This document shows, in pieces, positions 1-15,200 of a DNA stretch of 64,000 nt (positions within the stretch are counted from its first letter, which is position 1; each line of letters starts with the position of its first letter). The DNA comes from Phoronis australis. Taxonomy: Eukaryota; Animalia; Phoronida. The stretch lies in the NCBI GenBank assembly GCA_002633005.1, contig NMRA01000008.1, positions 688,985-752,984 of the forward strand, read 5' to 3'. The notes beneath the pieces were generated by a model. It was not told where the DNA came from and did no database searches. It was given only the letters and a program-made list of their open reading frames with translations. The position numbers and the translations under genes are program-made.

Positions 1-873
1 AATTCTCTTAAACTTTTCAATAGCTGCGGTCTCACATATTGAATCTGTCGTAGTTATCAAAGGTGAAACGATACCTAATGTCGAGTAGCTTAATGCGACA
101 GTATTTTTGACTAATAGTACTACAGTCTGCTGCAAACTACCTATAAATAAATTGTATATCTTAATAAAACGTTCCATTGCTAAATGATAACCCTTGTGAT
201 AGCGTAAATCAAAAATATTTGTATCAGCTGAAAAATAACTTAATTGGCTGCGGTGATGGTTGCGAACAGTTGCCATTTTTCCGAGTGAATAAGTTGATCA
301 TATAAAGAACTTCTTCGCTTGGTCGGAGAGCGTTATTAACGGAATAATGAAATTGATAGTAAGAGTGTAAAATTGCTCTTTATTTGCACATGATTTAATT
401 ACCGGTCGTGTATTGAGAGCTAATTAAAATCTATGCAGATATCTGGGCCGATAATTTGTCATGATGAGGGAGTTGATTCGATTACAGCTAGTGTTTTTCT
501 TGGTGGATTTCCTTAGAGAAATATAGCTGATATTATCTTTCATATTTTAAATTAGGTCAGCCAGTTGTGGCAAATATTTTACACTCATTCTTATACACTG
601 TCATGGTTGATCAACCGACAAACACAGTGGTACATAACTGAACAACTAGAAAGCACAGAGACAATACAGACCTCTGTTAAGGCATTGTAAGTCGGTTGTT
701 CAAGACTTTAGCACAACTATATTTTACCGGTGTTCCGAAGCGTTATTTTGCTGTAGCTACAGGTAAATAACTCTTCCGAAACGGATTTCATTTAAAACGA
801 CTTTGAAAGACCTTTAAGCCGTTGGCATTCCAAAATACGATCGATTGGACTTAGACCCCTATCCAAACTAATA

Positions 874-1089
874 GTTGGCCAAATGGGTGAACGTTACGCA
901 CGTAAATTACGTGGGTAAGTTAATCCGTGTTAAAGCCATAAAGTAATTATTTGCGACGTAAAATAATTGCTTTACGTTGCAAATGATTACTTTACGCCGT
1001 AAAAGTAACTTTACACCGCAAATAATTACTTCACGCCTCTAACAAGAATTAACTTACTTGCGTAATTTACGTTCACCCATTTGGCCAAC
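874..1089. mobile_element. MITE with 21-bp perfect terminal inverted repeats
   Basis: GTTGGCCAAATGGGTGAACGT (874-894) and ACGTTCACCCATTTGGCCAAC (1069-1089). AATA flanks both ends (possible 4-bp TSD). The interior has degenerate repeats (taattactttacg-like). Confidence 0.7.
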
Positions 1090-2598
1090 AATACAAACTC
1101 TAATCATATTTTCTTTAAAACATTTCTATGTCTTTTTACACACAGAAACGAAGGCTGTACACTATTTACTTCGCCAGTTCCGCAGAGTCCAGCGTCTAAA
1201 ACATCTGATTGGTCTTTAGGTAGGAAGTCGTCATCGAAAACCAATCAGATGTATTTGCCGGTTGACCCGGCGGAACCGGCCAAGTTAACCAAAAAGTGTA
1301 CCCGAAACGAAACATAATGGAAGTTACATTACAAATAATAACATGGAATCGTTCGTCGCTCTTCTGCCTGAGAAATGTTGTGACAACTTCATCATATAGT
1401 ACGCGAAAGCTTCATTCAGATCAAACGATTTATTTTAAAGAGACCATCGATTTATCGATCTTCACGTGTCGTATAAAACAATTTGTTATTCCATAACATA
1501 CACTTCACCCAAGTGGCTTGGTCGATAAAATTTTGAGTTCTCGTTTAACGCGTTAGAATGTTTGCACGATCTCGATTTTGTATCTGATACATCGCTTACT
1601 GGTTTCATTTTCATAAAGTTTTCGTTATAATCAAAATTCTTTAGTAACTACCTGGTTAATGTAAATAAAAAACATGCGCCTGAAATCCCTGTTATCTTCA
1701 AAGAATCGTTTTATTATTTTTTACTCTCAATGGATAGATTTTTCTAACATGTTTTTAACATCGTTTTGTTTAGCTTTTCACTTTTGCTTGATTTCTGTTT
1801 CCCATACGTTTTGTTGACCTAAGTGGCATATGAAATGGTGACTTTATGCATAAAATTGCTTTTAATATTTCAAGTTTTTAAAAACCTTCGTTTTGACCAG
1901 TGCCAAGTGGTGTGAATTCATTTTTGTTTTTGCTTTCTTTCACTGACTTAAAAATCTCGCTTAAGTCTCGTTACGCGTTATTCACAAAACGTTTGGTTTT
2001 CGTTCAGATTCAACCAGAATGTCTGAAGGTTGCTTCCGTGTCTCGCAGTTTCAAGCTAACTCGACTCTTCTGGTATAGCGCATTGCTCGACTACAGCTCG
2101 CACAGTGGCTGCGGACCGCAAGCTATGTCCACAGAAGCTAATTATTACGGCGTGAAAATAAATGAGGTTTCCTAACAATCATATCACATTATAAGACCGT
2201 ATCTCAATAGAGGTTTATATAATGATGGAGCGGGGATAAACGATAAACAAATGCTTAACTACGTTGACTGTGGTAACAAAGTTATCTGCTAATAAACTTG
2301 AACTCGACTGTTGGCTCGACACTCTCTGGGCTTTACTGCTAGACCCGAGTGTTTTGTGACATCCATACAAGTGCGTATAGACTTACGCAGGGATATGCAG
2401 GGTCAACGGTGTGAGGAAAAGAACGTGGGATAATGAATCGGCATTGTTGTTAGCATTTGTGTCGTTGTTAAATGTACTTGCATCATCATTCCCACCATCA
2501 GCAACGACAGAAATAAAAGTAATAACAACGACAGAAGTAAAAATAACAAAGACTTTATTAATTTGTTCCATGATATTCACAATTACATAGTGAACATA

Positions 2599-2661
2599 TT
2601 TGTGACAATTTTCTAGGAGAAAATAATAGTGATGACTACGACGACGACGACGACGACAACG

Positions 2662-2725
<64 letters not shown>

Positions 2726-3111
2726 AATTTAACAATAAATAATGGTACACAGCATATTTTAACGGTAAAATTAATATCGTTAGCAGTTATACCAAAAATA
2801 ATTTATTTGCAACGTTAATACTACAAGGGGTGTTGGAGGCGAATGAGATTCTTAATTATTTGTAGTCGTACAACAGTTTAGGGAAAATAATCTTGCGCGT
2901 GCCATGTGTCGTAACTTTCGAACAAATGAAAAAAACAATTAGTACCGTAATTTCCATGTCAAACTTTGAATTCCAAATCGGTCTTCGAAAGAATTACGGT
3001 ACAATACTGGTTGGAATAGTTAGCTGCAATATGCCATGTATACTCAACNTTGTGACAATTTTCTAGGAGAAAATAATAGTGATGACTACGACGACGACGA
3101 CGACGACGACG

Positions 3112-3163
<52 letters not shown>

Positions 3164-3486
3164 AATTTAACAATAAATAATGGTACACAGCATATTTTAA
3201 CGGTAAAATTAATATCGTTAGCAGTTATACCAAAAATAATTTGTTTGCAACGTTAATACTACAAGGGGTGTTGGAGGCGAATGAGATTCTTAATTATTTG
3301 TAGTCGTACAACAGTTTAGGGAAAATAATCTTGCGCGTGCCATGTGTCGTAACTTTCGAACAAATGAAAAAAACAATTAGTACCGTAATTTCCATGTCAA
3401 ACTTTGAATTCCAAATCGGTCTTCGAAAGAATTACGGTACAATACTGGTTGGAATAGTTAGCTGCAATATGCCATGTATACTCAAC
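2599..3486. repeat. ~440-450 bp direct duplication across a single-N join, each copy containing a (GAC)n(AAC)n microsatellite
   Basis: 2599-3048 is repeated at 3050-3486, separated by N3049. The copies differ in microsatellite length and by a SNP (atttattt vs atttgttt). Probably two alleles assembled in tandem. Confidence 0.85.
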
Positions 3487-3993
3487 AGTTTGTCGGCTTA
3501 TGACGATGTCTTCAAAACTTGAGGCTTACAAAGCAAGCATACGCTTTGTCGGTACCACTTATGTTTGGATGAGTTTGTGATTTACTGAAAGACTTCGGTT
3601 ATTTTGATATTTCCAAGCCCCGAATCTCTATATTGTTCACTGAATATAGCCATATCGTTAATGAGAAACCAGATTATTTTTAATAATTTGAATGTTATCT
3701 TTCATTTTCCCTCCGGCGATTTGTGTTGGTGTATTGATTGAATTAGTCGCAGTTGGCAGAGCAAAAACCTTGATCCTCATAACTTCAAGACTAAATTTAG
3801 ACAAAAAGTAAAAGTTTGCTATTTGAAAGTCGATTATTTCAGAATCACCTACTATAGAAAATAATGAAAAAATCTGAATACAATTCCGAAGCTTTTCATA
3901 TGGGTTCTGATAGAAGCTCGTACAAGAATGTTAACATGTTGTTGCCTGAGTGTGAAACGCAAAGATACTTGTCACCAACGTTAGAGCACAATT

Positions 3994-4206
3994 CAGTCGA
4001 ACCTCGTTACAACGCACGCTGTTTGTGACATATTCTGTTTATGACGAACCCTGTTAATGACGTACCCTGTTTATGACATAAAAACTTCCAAGTCCCAATT
4101 TTACCCTTATGCATATAAGTTTATAACCTGATTATAACATGCTATCGATGTAACGTACACATTTCGAAGGTCCTTGTTATATGCACGTTGTAACAAGGGT
4201 CTGCAG
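3994..4206. mobile_element. Degenerate Tc1/mariner (Tigger-like) MITE
   Basis: The left end CAGTCGAACCTCGTTACAACG and right end CGTTGTAACAAGGGTCTGCAG are imperfect inverted repeats. Internal short repeats (ctgtttatgac). Confidence 0.5.
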
Positions 4207-6288
4207 TTCGTACTTGTCTAAGGATGTAATTTGTTGAATATTTTTTCGTTAAATATTAATGACTTTTAAAATCCTTGTTCGTTACAGAATCTTACAGAAT
4301 CGAAAAACGATGCCTGCCCAGATGGTGTTCGTGATCATATGATTATGCTTGCTCTAAAAAAATCTTGATTCTTACGGAGATTGCCGTAATTTCCACCAAC
4401 ATGAATTTTCCCACGTAACTTGCAAATTCAGTTTCTTGTCCTATTAAAAATAATGTCTTGGATTTTCGAGGCGGGTTAACTGTAGAACGCCATTTTCAAA
4501 ATAGATACGTCAACATTACTTAAATAACGGAGATCTTGATTTTTGACAACTACTCTCAGGCTAAAAGGCCTCAAAAACTTTTTGCCAAGTTTCATCGGAA
4601 AAAATCATGTTTGTGAAAAATACGGCTATCAAAGGAAAGGTAGCATTTGATATTCAGACTAGTCCAGAGCGTTTTGCTGTTTGAATCGACTATAGTGAAG
4701 CTTTGACTGTCGGTAAGATTTCCGTTCAGTTACAAACGAGAGCTCTATAACAAAAACGACATTTTCCAATCAAAAGCCCATTATTTTAGAGGGTCATAAC
4801 ATTGGTGAGAAAAGTGATTTTCTAAAATCATCCTCCACGCAGAATCGAACCTGCAATCTACGTGGTCGCAGTCTAAGTCTATGATGCAAACGTGTGGAAA
4901 TTGTACAAAGCGTATTTAACTGGTTAAGACATCTGGCCTTGCATTGATTTTAGCGAATGTCTGGCATACAACGGCGAGAGTTGGCGATTTGTACGATAAA
5001 ATCACAAACAGACAGCGGATTTTGTTGTTTTATAGTTCTAAACAGAGCTAATAACTCCAAGAAATCTATCCCATTTAGCAATAAGTCCCAAAATGTCTTT
5101 TTCACTGCAAAACCGATGATGTCTCTTTAAACCTAAAGAGTTGCTTTCCCTAATTACTCACAAAACGTTTCTTGTCAAATATTCCACCACACAGAATCAC
5201 ACTAGCACTGTACGAAATGCGAAGCCGTCAACGAGAGCATAGTCAAACGTCAACTTTGCAGGTGACGCTAATGGAAATCTACTCAAATTTTCTCTCCTTA
5301 ATTTCTATGTCATACCAAAACAATGGCATAATTAAGATGTAAGCGTACAATCAACGTGATTTCATTATTTTTCATTATGTTGTCGAACACAAAAGAATCG
5401 CTCTAATCGCGATCAGTTAATGTTCGTGTTATATCTTGTCATAATTGCCGTGAGTACGTAGCATACCTGGGCTCCATTTGGTTAAATTAATTTCTCAAAA
5501 GTCTAGTTCGTATATTACTGTTAATGAATTATATGGTGTTAATTTGCGCTTTAGTAATACGACCGGTATTCTTTAGGAAATGAGTTTGCTTTGATAAAAA
5601 CGAAAGTTGGCCGAGTCGTAAATAAACAAACTTGAGGAAATTAGGAAAGCAGTCTTTATGTGCTTGGAGAATTGCACGAGATTTTTTAACGACTTGTCAT
5701 AAATTATGTTTTGAATCATAGACTTCAGAACAAGTAGCTATACACTTAATCATCGATACCGGTTAACCAATTGCTGCGCAGTTTATCTGTCAACTGTCAA
5801 CCAATCAGAAAGCACCATTTCTCAAGAGGTCAAACCTAGCCATTTATTGGGCAAGTGTCGACCCTTCGGTAGATATCCGCAGGTTGATTGATTACGAAGT
5901 CACATTTGGACACATCAACACCGCCTTGTCGAATACACTCGTATTCGAACACCTTCTGTGACTTTCCACAGGCGATTCACGAATGACAGATCGACAATTC
6001 AAACTTTTGGAAAGTTTGATGCCTCAGACGCTGCAATATTCGGTGAAACTAAACTTTTAAGCCATAGTTTGAACGAGTCGTTGAATCTCAATCCATAGAT
6101 GCTCAGGTAAACAACGGTAACATAATACCATTGACTCGTGCTTGTGGAAGTTTCATTGGACGAAGAACATCGGTAATTTAAACTGGACTTAAGACCAGTC
6201 ACGCGACGCGAAGCTGGATCATTCTACATTCGCTGGTCGAGCTTCACACGACGTCTTTAACCCGAACTTGATCGCTCCGACCACCGCC

Positions 6289-9200
6289 ATGTTAGAATAC
6301 TGTCTTCCCGAGCCAACTGGGACTTACCAGAATCCACAGAACTCGTCTTTTTTGGATACCACCAGCAGGCAAAGTGCTTTCGTTCTCAGTAACCCGCCAT
6401 TGGCAGCTCTGCATAACATGACCGAGACAAAGGTACCAGCAAACTCGTCTGCTATGCTCCATGTAAACCAGCCTTACTCTCCCACTACCCTCAAGGCTAT
6501 GGCCGTCAGTATGTCGAACGCAGGGGCCACTCCTCACGGGATCACGGATATACTCGGTCGACCGGCAGCCATGGGCAGCCTCAGTTTACCCGGAAGAATT
6601 AACTCCGGGGTGTATTTCAATCATCAAAGTCGGGTACCCAAACCGTTGGCCGATCTACCTGGGCGGTCCCCGATTTACTGGCCCGGTGTTATACAAGGTA
6701 CCAACTGGCGTCCCCCTTGTAAGTATTTTTAATTTCGGTCAGTGAACTTGTCTGAAACTACAAACTACGCTGTCTTTCTTAAGTAAATGCTTACAATGCA
6801 AGCCAAAAGGTTTCAAATGTATTCAGTGAAAAGGTCACCAGTGATTTCTCAGTTTCAAATAATTATTCTCGCTCATATCTGAAGCTATGAATAATTCTGA
6901 ATATATGGAAAACATCAGCATCAGTGGGAATTAGAATTTCAACCTAAGATAAATTTTCAATACAAAAATTTATTGCACTAAAGTTTATGAGACAATTTTA
7001 TGTATGTGTGGTACAGAAAGAAGACCACGAATACGTAAAAAGAAAAATATATTAATAAGTTGATAAATTATGAATGAATGAAGGAAGGAAGGAATAAATA
7101 ACTAACTAAATAAATAAATGAAGATAAAACCTCGTCGATTAAATTTCTAACAAATGGCAATGAATCCATTTAGTTAAAATGTTGGAGAACCTGATTGAGA
7201 AATTGTGACGCCAATTGTATTATTTTTGTGACAAAATCATAGGAATATTATATACATATATATATACATATATTAGTATAACTGCCATAAAAGCAGTCTT
7301 TAAATTATCGGCCAAATCAATCCAAGTATTAAGACTTATTATTCCAAACCACAAGATTAAACTCAAAAGGAAAATCAAAAACTAGGATCAGGTCGGTTTA
7401 AACCGTTTTCAAAAGATATAATCTTACAAGCACACATGTAAATTAAACTGTTCAATCTAAAAGATACAATTAGTTCGATTAATCAGCGCGATTTTATCTC
7501 CATGAAATGTGTGTAGTGCAGAAAATAAGCCATCTGCCCTTGCATCATTAGCTCAAGCGAGCCCGGCGTTTTTGCAGGAAACATTAGTTATTTATTCGTT
7601 AAAAGAATTGACCATGTAAAACTCAAGTGGCGATCATTTTATATTTACTGCATATTAAAAAGTGATAAACCAACTATAGCCAACTTTATAATATTACAAT
7701 TGTATATTTACAATGATCCTAAGCACAACACATATTTAAAAGATATGCCATTGTAACATATACTGCATACTATTAAATTAAAACTCTTAAAGTCTTGAGA
7801 TTTATTTAATATAATTGTGTATTTATATTATTCGGGAATAAATCAGTTCAATGCCAGTCAAAGTTGTGCGCATTGTCACATCTCTAATTTCAATATAATG
7901 GATCCTGATTTTATTGAAAAACACGTTTTATCCAAAACATAAAAATGCCTATTAATTTGCTTGCTCTTCCGTCAAGATATCTTCAAAGAACGCATATTTA
8001 GTGGGTGACGTAGGTATGAACGACCTGTCAATGCTCTGCACCACTACAAACAGTTTTTACCATCTCTAACCAAGACGACGTTTGACCTAAAAACAAGACC
8101 TTATTCGTATTTGTTCTGGAAATTCGAGAGTAAGAACTTTCTTGCACATACTTAAAACGAGTTATGTGCGACACTTTTGCACAATTTGTCGCTGCAGCCT
8201 GTCTCAAAAAAATTACGTAGCGTTGGTCAAAAGCTTTTTAAAGTCTCTGCACGTATTTGTCCATCTTGTAAGCTGTAGGCGTTTCATTATTTGTATGTTA
8301 GCGTACTACCCAACCAAGGCACTGTACTCGTATGCATACGACGACTGTGAAATTGTTGTTCTGATTTGAATAAAGTGTACAAGTGATCGAAAAACACCAT
8401 TTCCCAACATCTTTAATTTTCGAAAAACAGATACTGAGATCAACCTTGAAAATTGAAATGAAGCTGAACGGTCACGGTTGTTGATTTTGGTGCGTGAGTC
8501 ATTGTGGAAATTGTTTGACCACAAAGGTTTCTGTGACTACCTTTCACTTGCGCGAAACAAAACGCTGACAAACTGCATCCTAAATATGCGCGTATAGAGA
8601 GATCAAGTCTTATTTTTTTCTGTTTAAAATAAAATGCAATACAAGTGAAAAAACTGATGAAAATTCCACTTGCTAAAAGCAATTTTTTAAAGTAAACGAT
8701 TGGCACGAGTTCAAATCTGTGTACTCGAAATTCGACTCCAAGATTGACCAATTGCACGGCACACTAGCTTCGAATAAACTTACAAGTGTGTGCTCGAAAA
8801 ACGCTGAATGATTAGTTGAATTTCGAGTCCAAGTCTGAGCTGTGCCTCAGTTTGAAGGTTAGACCCTGGCCCAGATACCTGGGCTACAACAGGATATCAT
8901 GCTTTCAAAAAGAGGAATGTTTTTTGAACTACGGATTGTTTGGCATAGAACATCAACGCAATTGTTTATTTTTGCGCGTTTCTTTTGCGTCGATGGCTAT
9001 GTTAAAAAGCAAAGATAAGATTCTTCCTATATATACATATATATATATATATGCATAAATGTTGATCAGGTTCTGCTTTCACCATAAGGATAAGCCTGCT
9101 CATAAGGACAGAAAAATCCATGAAATACAACTCCCCTGTCCCTGGCTGGTGGCGTTATTGTATCTTTTCCACGCTCCAAGTCAATGTAAATACAACACTT

Positions 9201-12200
9201 GTCACCTGTTAGAAGAGTTATTAATTGGTGCTTTAACTTTAATCAAAGCTCATCTCTTAATGCTTTTGTAATCATGATAATGAAAGTTTAATTAAACAAT
9301 GACGTTGAAGTTTCGCGCCGTCTATTGTGTGTTGTTAACGAGCGAATTGATTAAACGGAGACATTAGGTAATGGTGCTGTTCGTCTCTAATAGGCAGGTA
9401 GGTGACTGGGTAGACAGCTTTTACTGTCAGATCGAGATACGGAATGTTCGATTGTTTATCTTGGCTATATAAATGTGTTTATGAACCCGTTGATTGGATA
9501 GACTACGACATTATTAAGGAATTGCTTTTTATAAGTTATTGTACGTTATTAAAGCCCTTGTATCTACACAGTCAAATCAACTTTGTTGAACGTGTTTTAA
9601 GCGCGTCACCAACAATTCGTATTCTGATATTTTGATTTTCTGCGTATCAGTTTTCATGATAAAAATTAAGGGATTTACAAAGAATTTCTTTACAAGTAAG
9701 TACAAGATTCAGTTGACATTGTGACTTAGTTCCATGCACAAAATGATCAATCGAGACGTTCACATTGGCCGTTGTAATTTTTTGGTTCCAGATGAAATAT
9801 TTTGCTCTTCAGTTAACCGAGGCGGAGTCTACAACTTGAACACTATAATAAAATGCAACAATTCAAGTAATGGGCACATCTTGATGTGTACTACATAACT
9901 CATAAAAAGACAATTTTTCAACGCTAATAAAGTTTCATCGACTTGAACACTCTGCACGGCAGACAAATTCCATTAAGCGATGCAATGTCATCAGAGCGGT
10001 TATTGATGCTACATAGTCCAGTTTTCATTATATACAAAACAACTTCGGCACTTGAACGCTAATCACTATGGTGTTCAAATTTGAGAGTGTTTTTGCAACA
10101 GTGGCGAAAATGTTACTGTGGCCGGCGGAAATTTCATAGTTCACGCGCGTCACGAGCTATTTCCTGTGCCCAGCGTTAGAACTATTACAAACGAGATTTT
10201 GTCCTTTGCTACTGCGTGTGGTGAAACATATTCTATTTTTTTTTTGATTTTTAAGGTGGTGCTTTATTTCGTTTTCTGGGAGTGACGGCACTCACAGATT
10301 ATTTGATGGAGAATGCAACCGTTTTTTATGTAACGTTGAGTAGCAATGCAGATCCATGCCTATCTTGGAAATAAAATTTCCGCGTTAATTACTGTACACT
10401 TGGTGAGTATTTGGTATCCCTGGCACAATGAAATGGGACGTGGACGGCTCAGTAAAAGGCCAGATTCTTGGTTCTACATTCTCTGTCGGTCGTTCGTGTT
10501 TGTTCAATGTTCATCTAAGGAGTGTAAATGTCTACGTGAAGCCCTAAAATCTCAAGCTAGGGGTACAAATGCGTGATTTACCGTTTTCAGAAGTGGCCTG
10601 GCTAATGGCTGACATGTGTCCTGACGGTTAAGTGGACGTTTATGGAAGTCATTGTCAATTGTTTCCAAACAGTCGATGAAGATCAGAGAGCGCACCAAAT
10701 TACAGAGCCGACCATCACGTAAACACCATGAAACAGTGCTCAGGAATTCTAATGTCTTCTACCACTTTGTTTTTGTCTCTCTAGTAAGACTGAAGTAAAA
10801 TAAACAAATTATAAGCGGTTTAGCAAAAATGTTACAGTCGTGATCGCGTTTAAACCGGCCGACGTTATTACCACGTGAACAACCATTTTTGCTTTTTAAT
10901 GTAATCTGCAATTAAAATTAAAATTGCAGAAGTTTTATTTTTACATTTACAAGTGGATGAAAGTTTAGTGTTCACCACTACGTCTACTGACGGATCTAGG
11001 ATGTTGGGGGCCCAAGTTCTGCCTTGTCACAATTTCGGGAGGAAAAGGTGCGGGTTAGCTCTAAAAACGGCACGCTGACGTTTTTTTTCTCTTTTCGGTC
11101 ATACTCGCAAGGGGGCGGGTCCTAAGGTGCCGGTACTGTTGATGCTAATTTGAATGCATTTAGAAACACATCACGTTTCCGTTACCAGCAAGGACATCGT
11201 AAGCGTCAGTGACTCAACAAAACGCTGTACAGTTTTATCAAGAGTTGGCCAACTCTAAAATTGCTAATTCGAAACTGGCTCAGCATATACATGACGTCAT
11301 TGCTTGTAAATTGATTTGGTAACGAAAATACAAGCCTTTCACTCTAAGGAACATTATGACAAGGATTTTATGAGAATAAAAGGCATAATTTGTTTTTAAT
11401 ATTTTAGCCAGCTAATCTGGTAGAAATGCAACTCAGACATCGAGGTGTCTAACCGATGTAGCCGGACTAGAGGCGTGTGTACAGATACCTATTAATTCGT
11501 AGTATTTATTCTCTAGCACATCGTACACAAACATACACAATTAGCCGACGTGTGTCGGTATTATCTCAGCTAAAGAGGCGTCCGCACATTAATTCAGGGC
11601 TTTCAAATATTGTGACAAATCTTCGCAAGCAAATTGTCTAAAAAATTAAGTCAAATCTCCACTATATTGTAGTAGATGCGCTACATGGCTAGCATACGGC
11701 CAGATCACTCTAACCTAAGTCCACTCAATTACTTTTGTTACATTAGCGAGAACTTTGAATTATGTAGGATTAAGACGATAAGTATTCTCGTTGATTATGA
11801 TTTATGCTATTGACAAAAAGATTTCCTCTGTTACTGAATGCAGACGCGGGTATTATTAAACTGGTAATAATTGCTTGTCAGTGAGACCAGGAGGGCCACT
11901 CCGGTTTGCAATCGAAGGAGGGAATCTAAGGGATGTCCAAGGGTTCAAACGTCAAAGGAAAGAACTGTTGTTGGGGAATTTGTTCTTGACAAAAACTTGA
12001 TACCCCTTACCGCCTCCTGTCGTGTTTACTTGATACTGTTAAATGCCGGTATCTCGTCGAAACGAATACACATTAGTCTATGTAAATAAAACGTTCACGT
12101 TGTATCGTGGTGACGAATTTACAGAATATTCTATTAATTACTTTAAAAGTTGCAGTCCCCGGGGACTCCATCGTTTTGTAATTTTATGTGTTTTCGGCTC

Positions 12201-15200
12201 ATTATTTTCGTTAACCTTGATTATGCTTACAAATGACTTTTGTTTACCTAAACAAATGAGATTTTTTATCAAACAATGTAATAATTAACGATAATTTCAC
12301 GACAGGTGGCGCTTTCTTGGATTCAAGGACTTCTTGTGCAATTTGCTGTACGTGCAAGTGGGACATTTTAAGACCTTAATTTTACGAATGATAAAAATAA
12401 AATTATTCAGCTTCGTCCAGAATCGTCATTATATGCGTTCGTTTTCCCATAGGTTTCGTCCACTGGGTTGTTGAAGTACTCTAACTTACTACTAGTTACG
12501 TGATGACGTCATCAACACGAGCAGATTATGCTAAGATGAGATATTTGATTTGTTGGTTGAAAAGTACTGTTCCACCTAATCGCCATATTTTGATAGACAT
12601 TAAACAAATTCACCCTGAATTACCAGTGTCATATTCGTATGTCTTATGATGAGGAAATAACATAAGAACCCCCGATCAGATACAAAGATCTCCAATCGAT
12701 TTCCAAAAAAGCTGTCTTGCTCAATTCTTCATTCTGATATGCTAACACGAATTACAAGAAGTCTGCGCAAGCGCAAGTAGTCAATTGGGAACCAAGAGCT
12801 AAACACTGAACAAGATCCATGATTACAGAAGATACGAGCGACATGATTTTACGACAGCAATTGTTTTTACTGTAAATCGGGATCGGTTCGAAAGTGCAGC
12901 TTGTTATTGATTGTTCATTTTTCGCTTTAATATCACTTGATATACCCAGCAGACAAACAAAATTGTGACCTAAAGCACAAATTTAAAATTTGCCAGGTAT
13001 TTTTAAGGTAAACATTAGTTTTGATGTTTTTATCCAACGATGAGGTATAGTTGTTTTATGCACTGGCTTTATATATATCGCAATGTTTTAACGGAGCCAT
13101 CATCAAGTTTACAAGTTAAGAATAAAAAACAAAGCGAATCTCAGACCGTGAAGCCCGAATAAGATGCATACTGATGACAGCATGTCTAGATCGGGCGATA
13201 AAACTGCTGATTTAATTGGGGAAAATGAGATAATGAAGTTAAACTCGCGTCAGATGTTATGAAGCACAAGTTGGTATATATATGATGACACCTACGGCTC
13301 GACGTAACCATAAAACGGCGTTGTAAATACGCAACAAATCTCCGATATGCTAAAAGTTCATTTGCACGTCAGGAGTGTGTATTTCAAACTTCATTTTCAA
13401 TCGACAATCGGTAGGCCTCCCACGATTGCGGGAAATAATTTACTTCAGGGGTGCATAATCGTAGCAGATCGCCGGCTAATGTCCAGATGTGATGGTCCGA
13501 CTGTAATACATTCCCGTAACTGTGATTTGAGTGGAGGCTTTACTGCGCTTGTGCGTGACGCGCTGAAAGGCCTTGATTGAAGAATTGTCACCTAGCTTTT
13601 GTCAAACCTACCTCTCAATGTGACAAGCCTTTCATATGATTAATGAGCGCTTTAAACGAATTCGAAATTTACAATGAAAGCGCTCCTCCGTTTCTCATAA
13701 AGTCCGACAAAAGCGGTTTAGTGCACTGGTATTTTTTGTCGGTGGATGAAATAGCCCACCTGTGTGTTGGTGTGGTTTATGTTGACTGATAATATATAAC
13801 ATTTGAATAGATGAAACATCGTTAAGCCTCCTACATAATGTAATTTATCGCTTAAGTCCATCCCAACGTAAATGCCATTTAAGACACGCTTTTTTATTTC
13901 TTACTTTTCGGCAGTAACAATTCCATTGCATTTTTATTGTAGAAACTTTTAAGTGGGAACTGAATTAATAGTTAAACAATAAAATGCATAATTAAAATAT
14001 AACGTAACGTTCGCTGACTAAAATGTCGTCTTGTCGAGAGCCTTGGGAGACAAAACTCATAATAGACTCGCTAGAAAGTGGATATTGATGTTAACGAACA
14101 CTCTACGGTTAATCTTGTTCAATAATAATCTAGATCATATATCTATCTTCATTTTTTCTCAAAGATATTATCTATAAAAGTGCATAGACTGTTGATGCCA
14201 CGAAGGATCTAATTTACAGGCACTTTTGAAACATTTTACATTTTACATTTTGGCGTCTGTCCTGGTAAAAAGCAAGTTAATACAAATCAGGGAAATGCTT
14301 ATGAAAACGTAATGTTTCACTTCAGTCCCTAAATACTTGGGTAAAAGCATGGTAAGCGTTCGCGGTATCGCCGGTGTTGTTATGTCGATTCCATTGATTT
14401 TTGTGCTTACAACATAGAGGGAAAATGAGTGAAACTGTCTGGCTAAAATGCCGCCCAAACTGCGGGTTGCCCAAGAACCAATTGCTCCTGGAACGAATTG
14501 TCGCTAGGTTCAGTTGTGTAGTTGTGTGGACGTCATTGTGAGTTGGGACAACTTGCCACACTGGTGACATGTTACCCCTCGGCTCAATCTCGTCACAGGT
14601 CAGTGATTTCTCGGTTAATATACACCTTAGTGTCAATCAAAAAGTTCATCAAAACTAATAAAAACTAAATCTAAACACGGATGGTAAATAAACAGTTAAA
14701 CCGCCTTTGTAGCACTTAACGCACTACTCTGATGGAAATTGGTGTAAATTTACAACGAGGCTTAAATTCAATTTCAGCAATGCAACGGTCGAAGGACGAA
14801 GTGCTTAAAACACAAATTATTACAACAAAAATCAACAAGGGTGTGACACAGACTGGATGAGTACGAATTGAAATTCAGTTTTGATTAGCAACATTTTTTC
14901 TTCAAGTTCACGAATGCAACCGTTTGATAAGTTGTCTTGTTGGACATTTCGTTTACAGTTTTTATACCTTTTCCAGCGCAGCAAAATCTCGATAAAGACG
15001 GGAAGAAGAAGCATACGAGACCGACATTCTCAGGTCAACAGATATTTGCACTGGAGAAAACGTTTGAACAGACAAAATATCTCGCGGGACCGGAGAGAGC
15101 GAGGCTAGCGTACGCATTGGGCATGTCTGAAAGTCAAGTGAAGGTCAGTGATAGATTCGAAATACAAAACGAACATAATTCTGTAATTTAACTTCACTGT

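Noticed and set aside
4833-4875. B-box-like GGTTCGATTC on the minus strand
   Set aside because: There is no A box or cloverleaf; at most it is a decayed SINE fragment.
6719-14976. Frequent CAAGTG/CACTTG NK2-type sites in Nkx6 intron 1
   Set aside because: By eye the count is about what is expected for 8 kb of this base composition.
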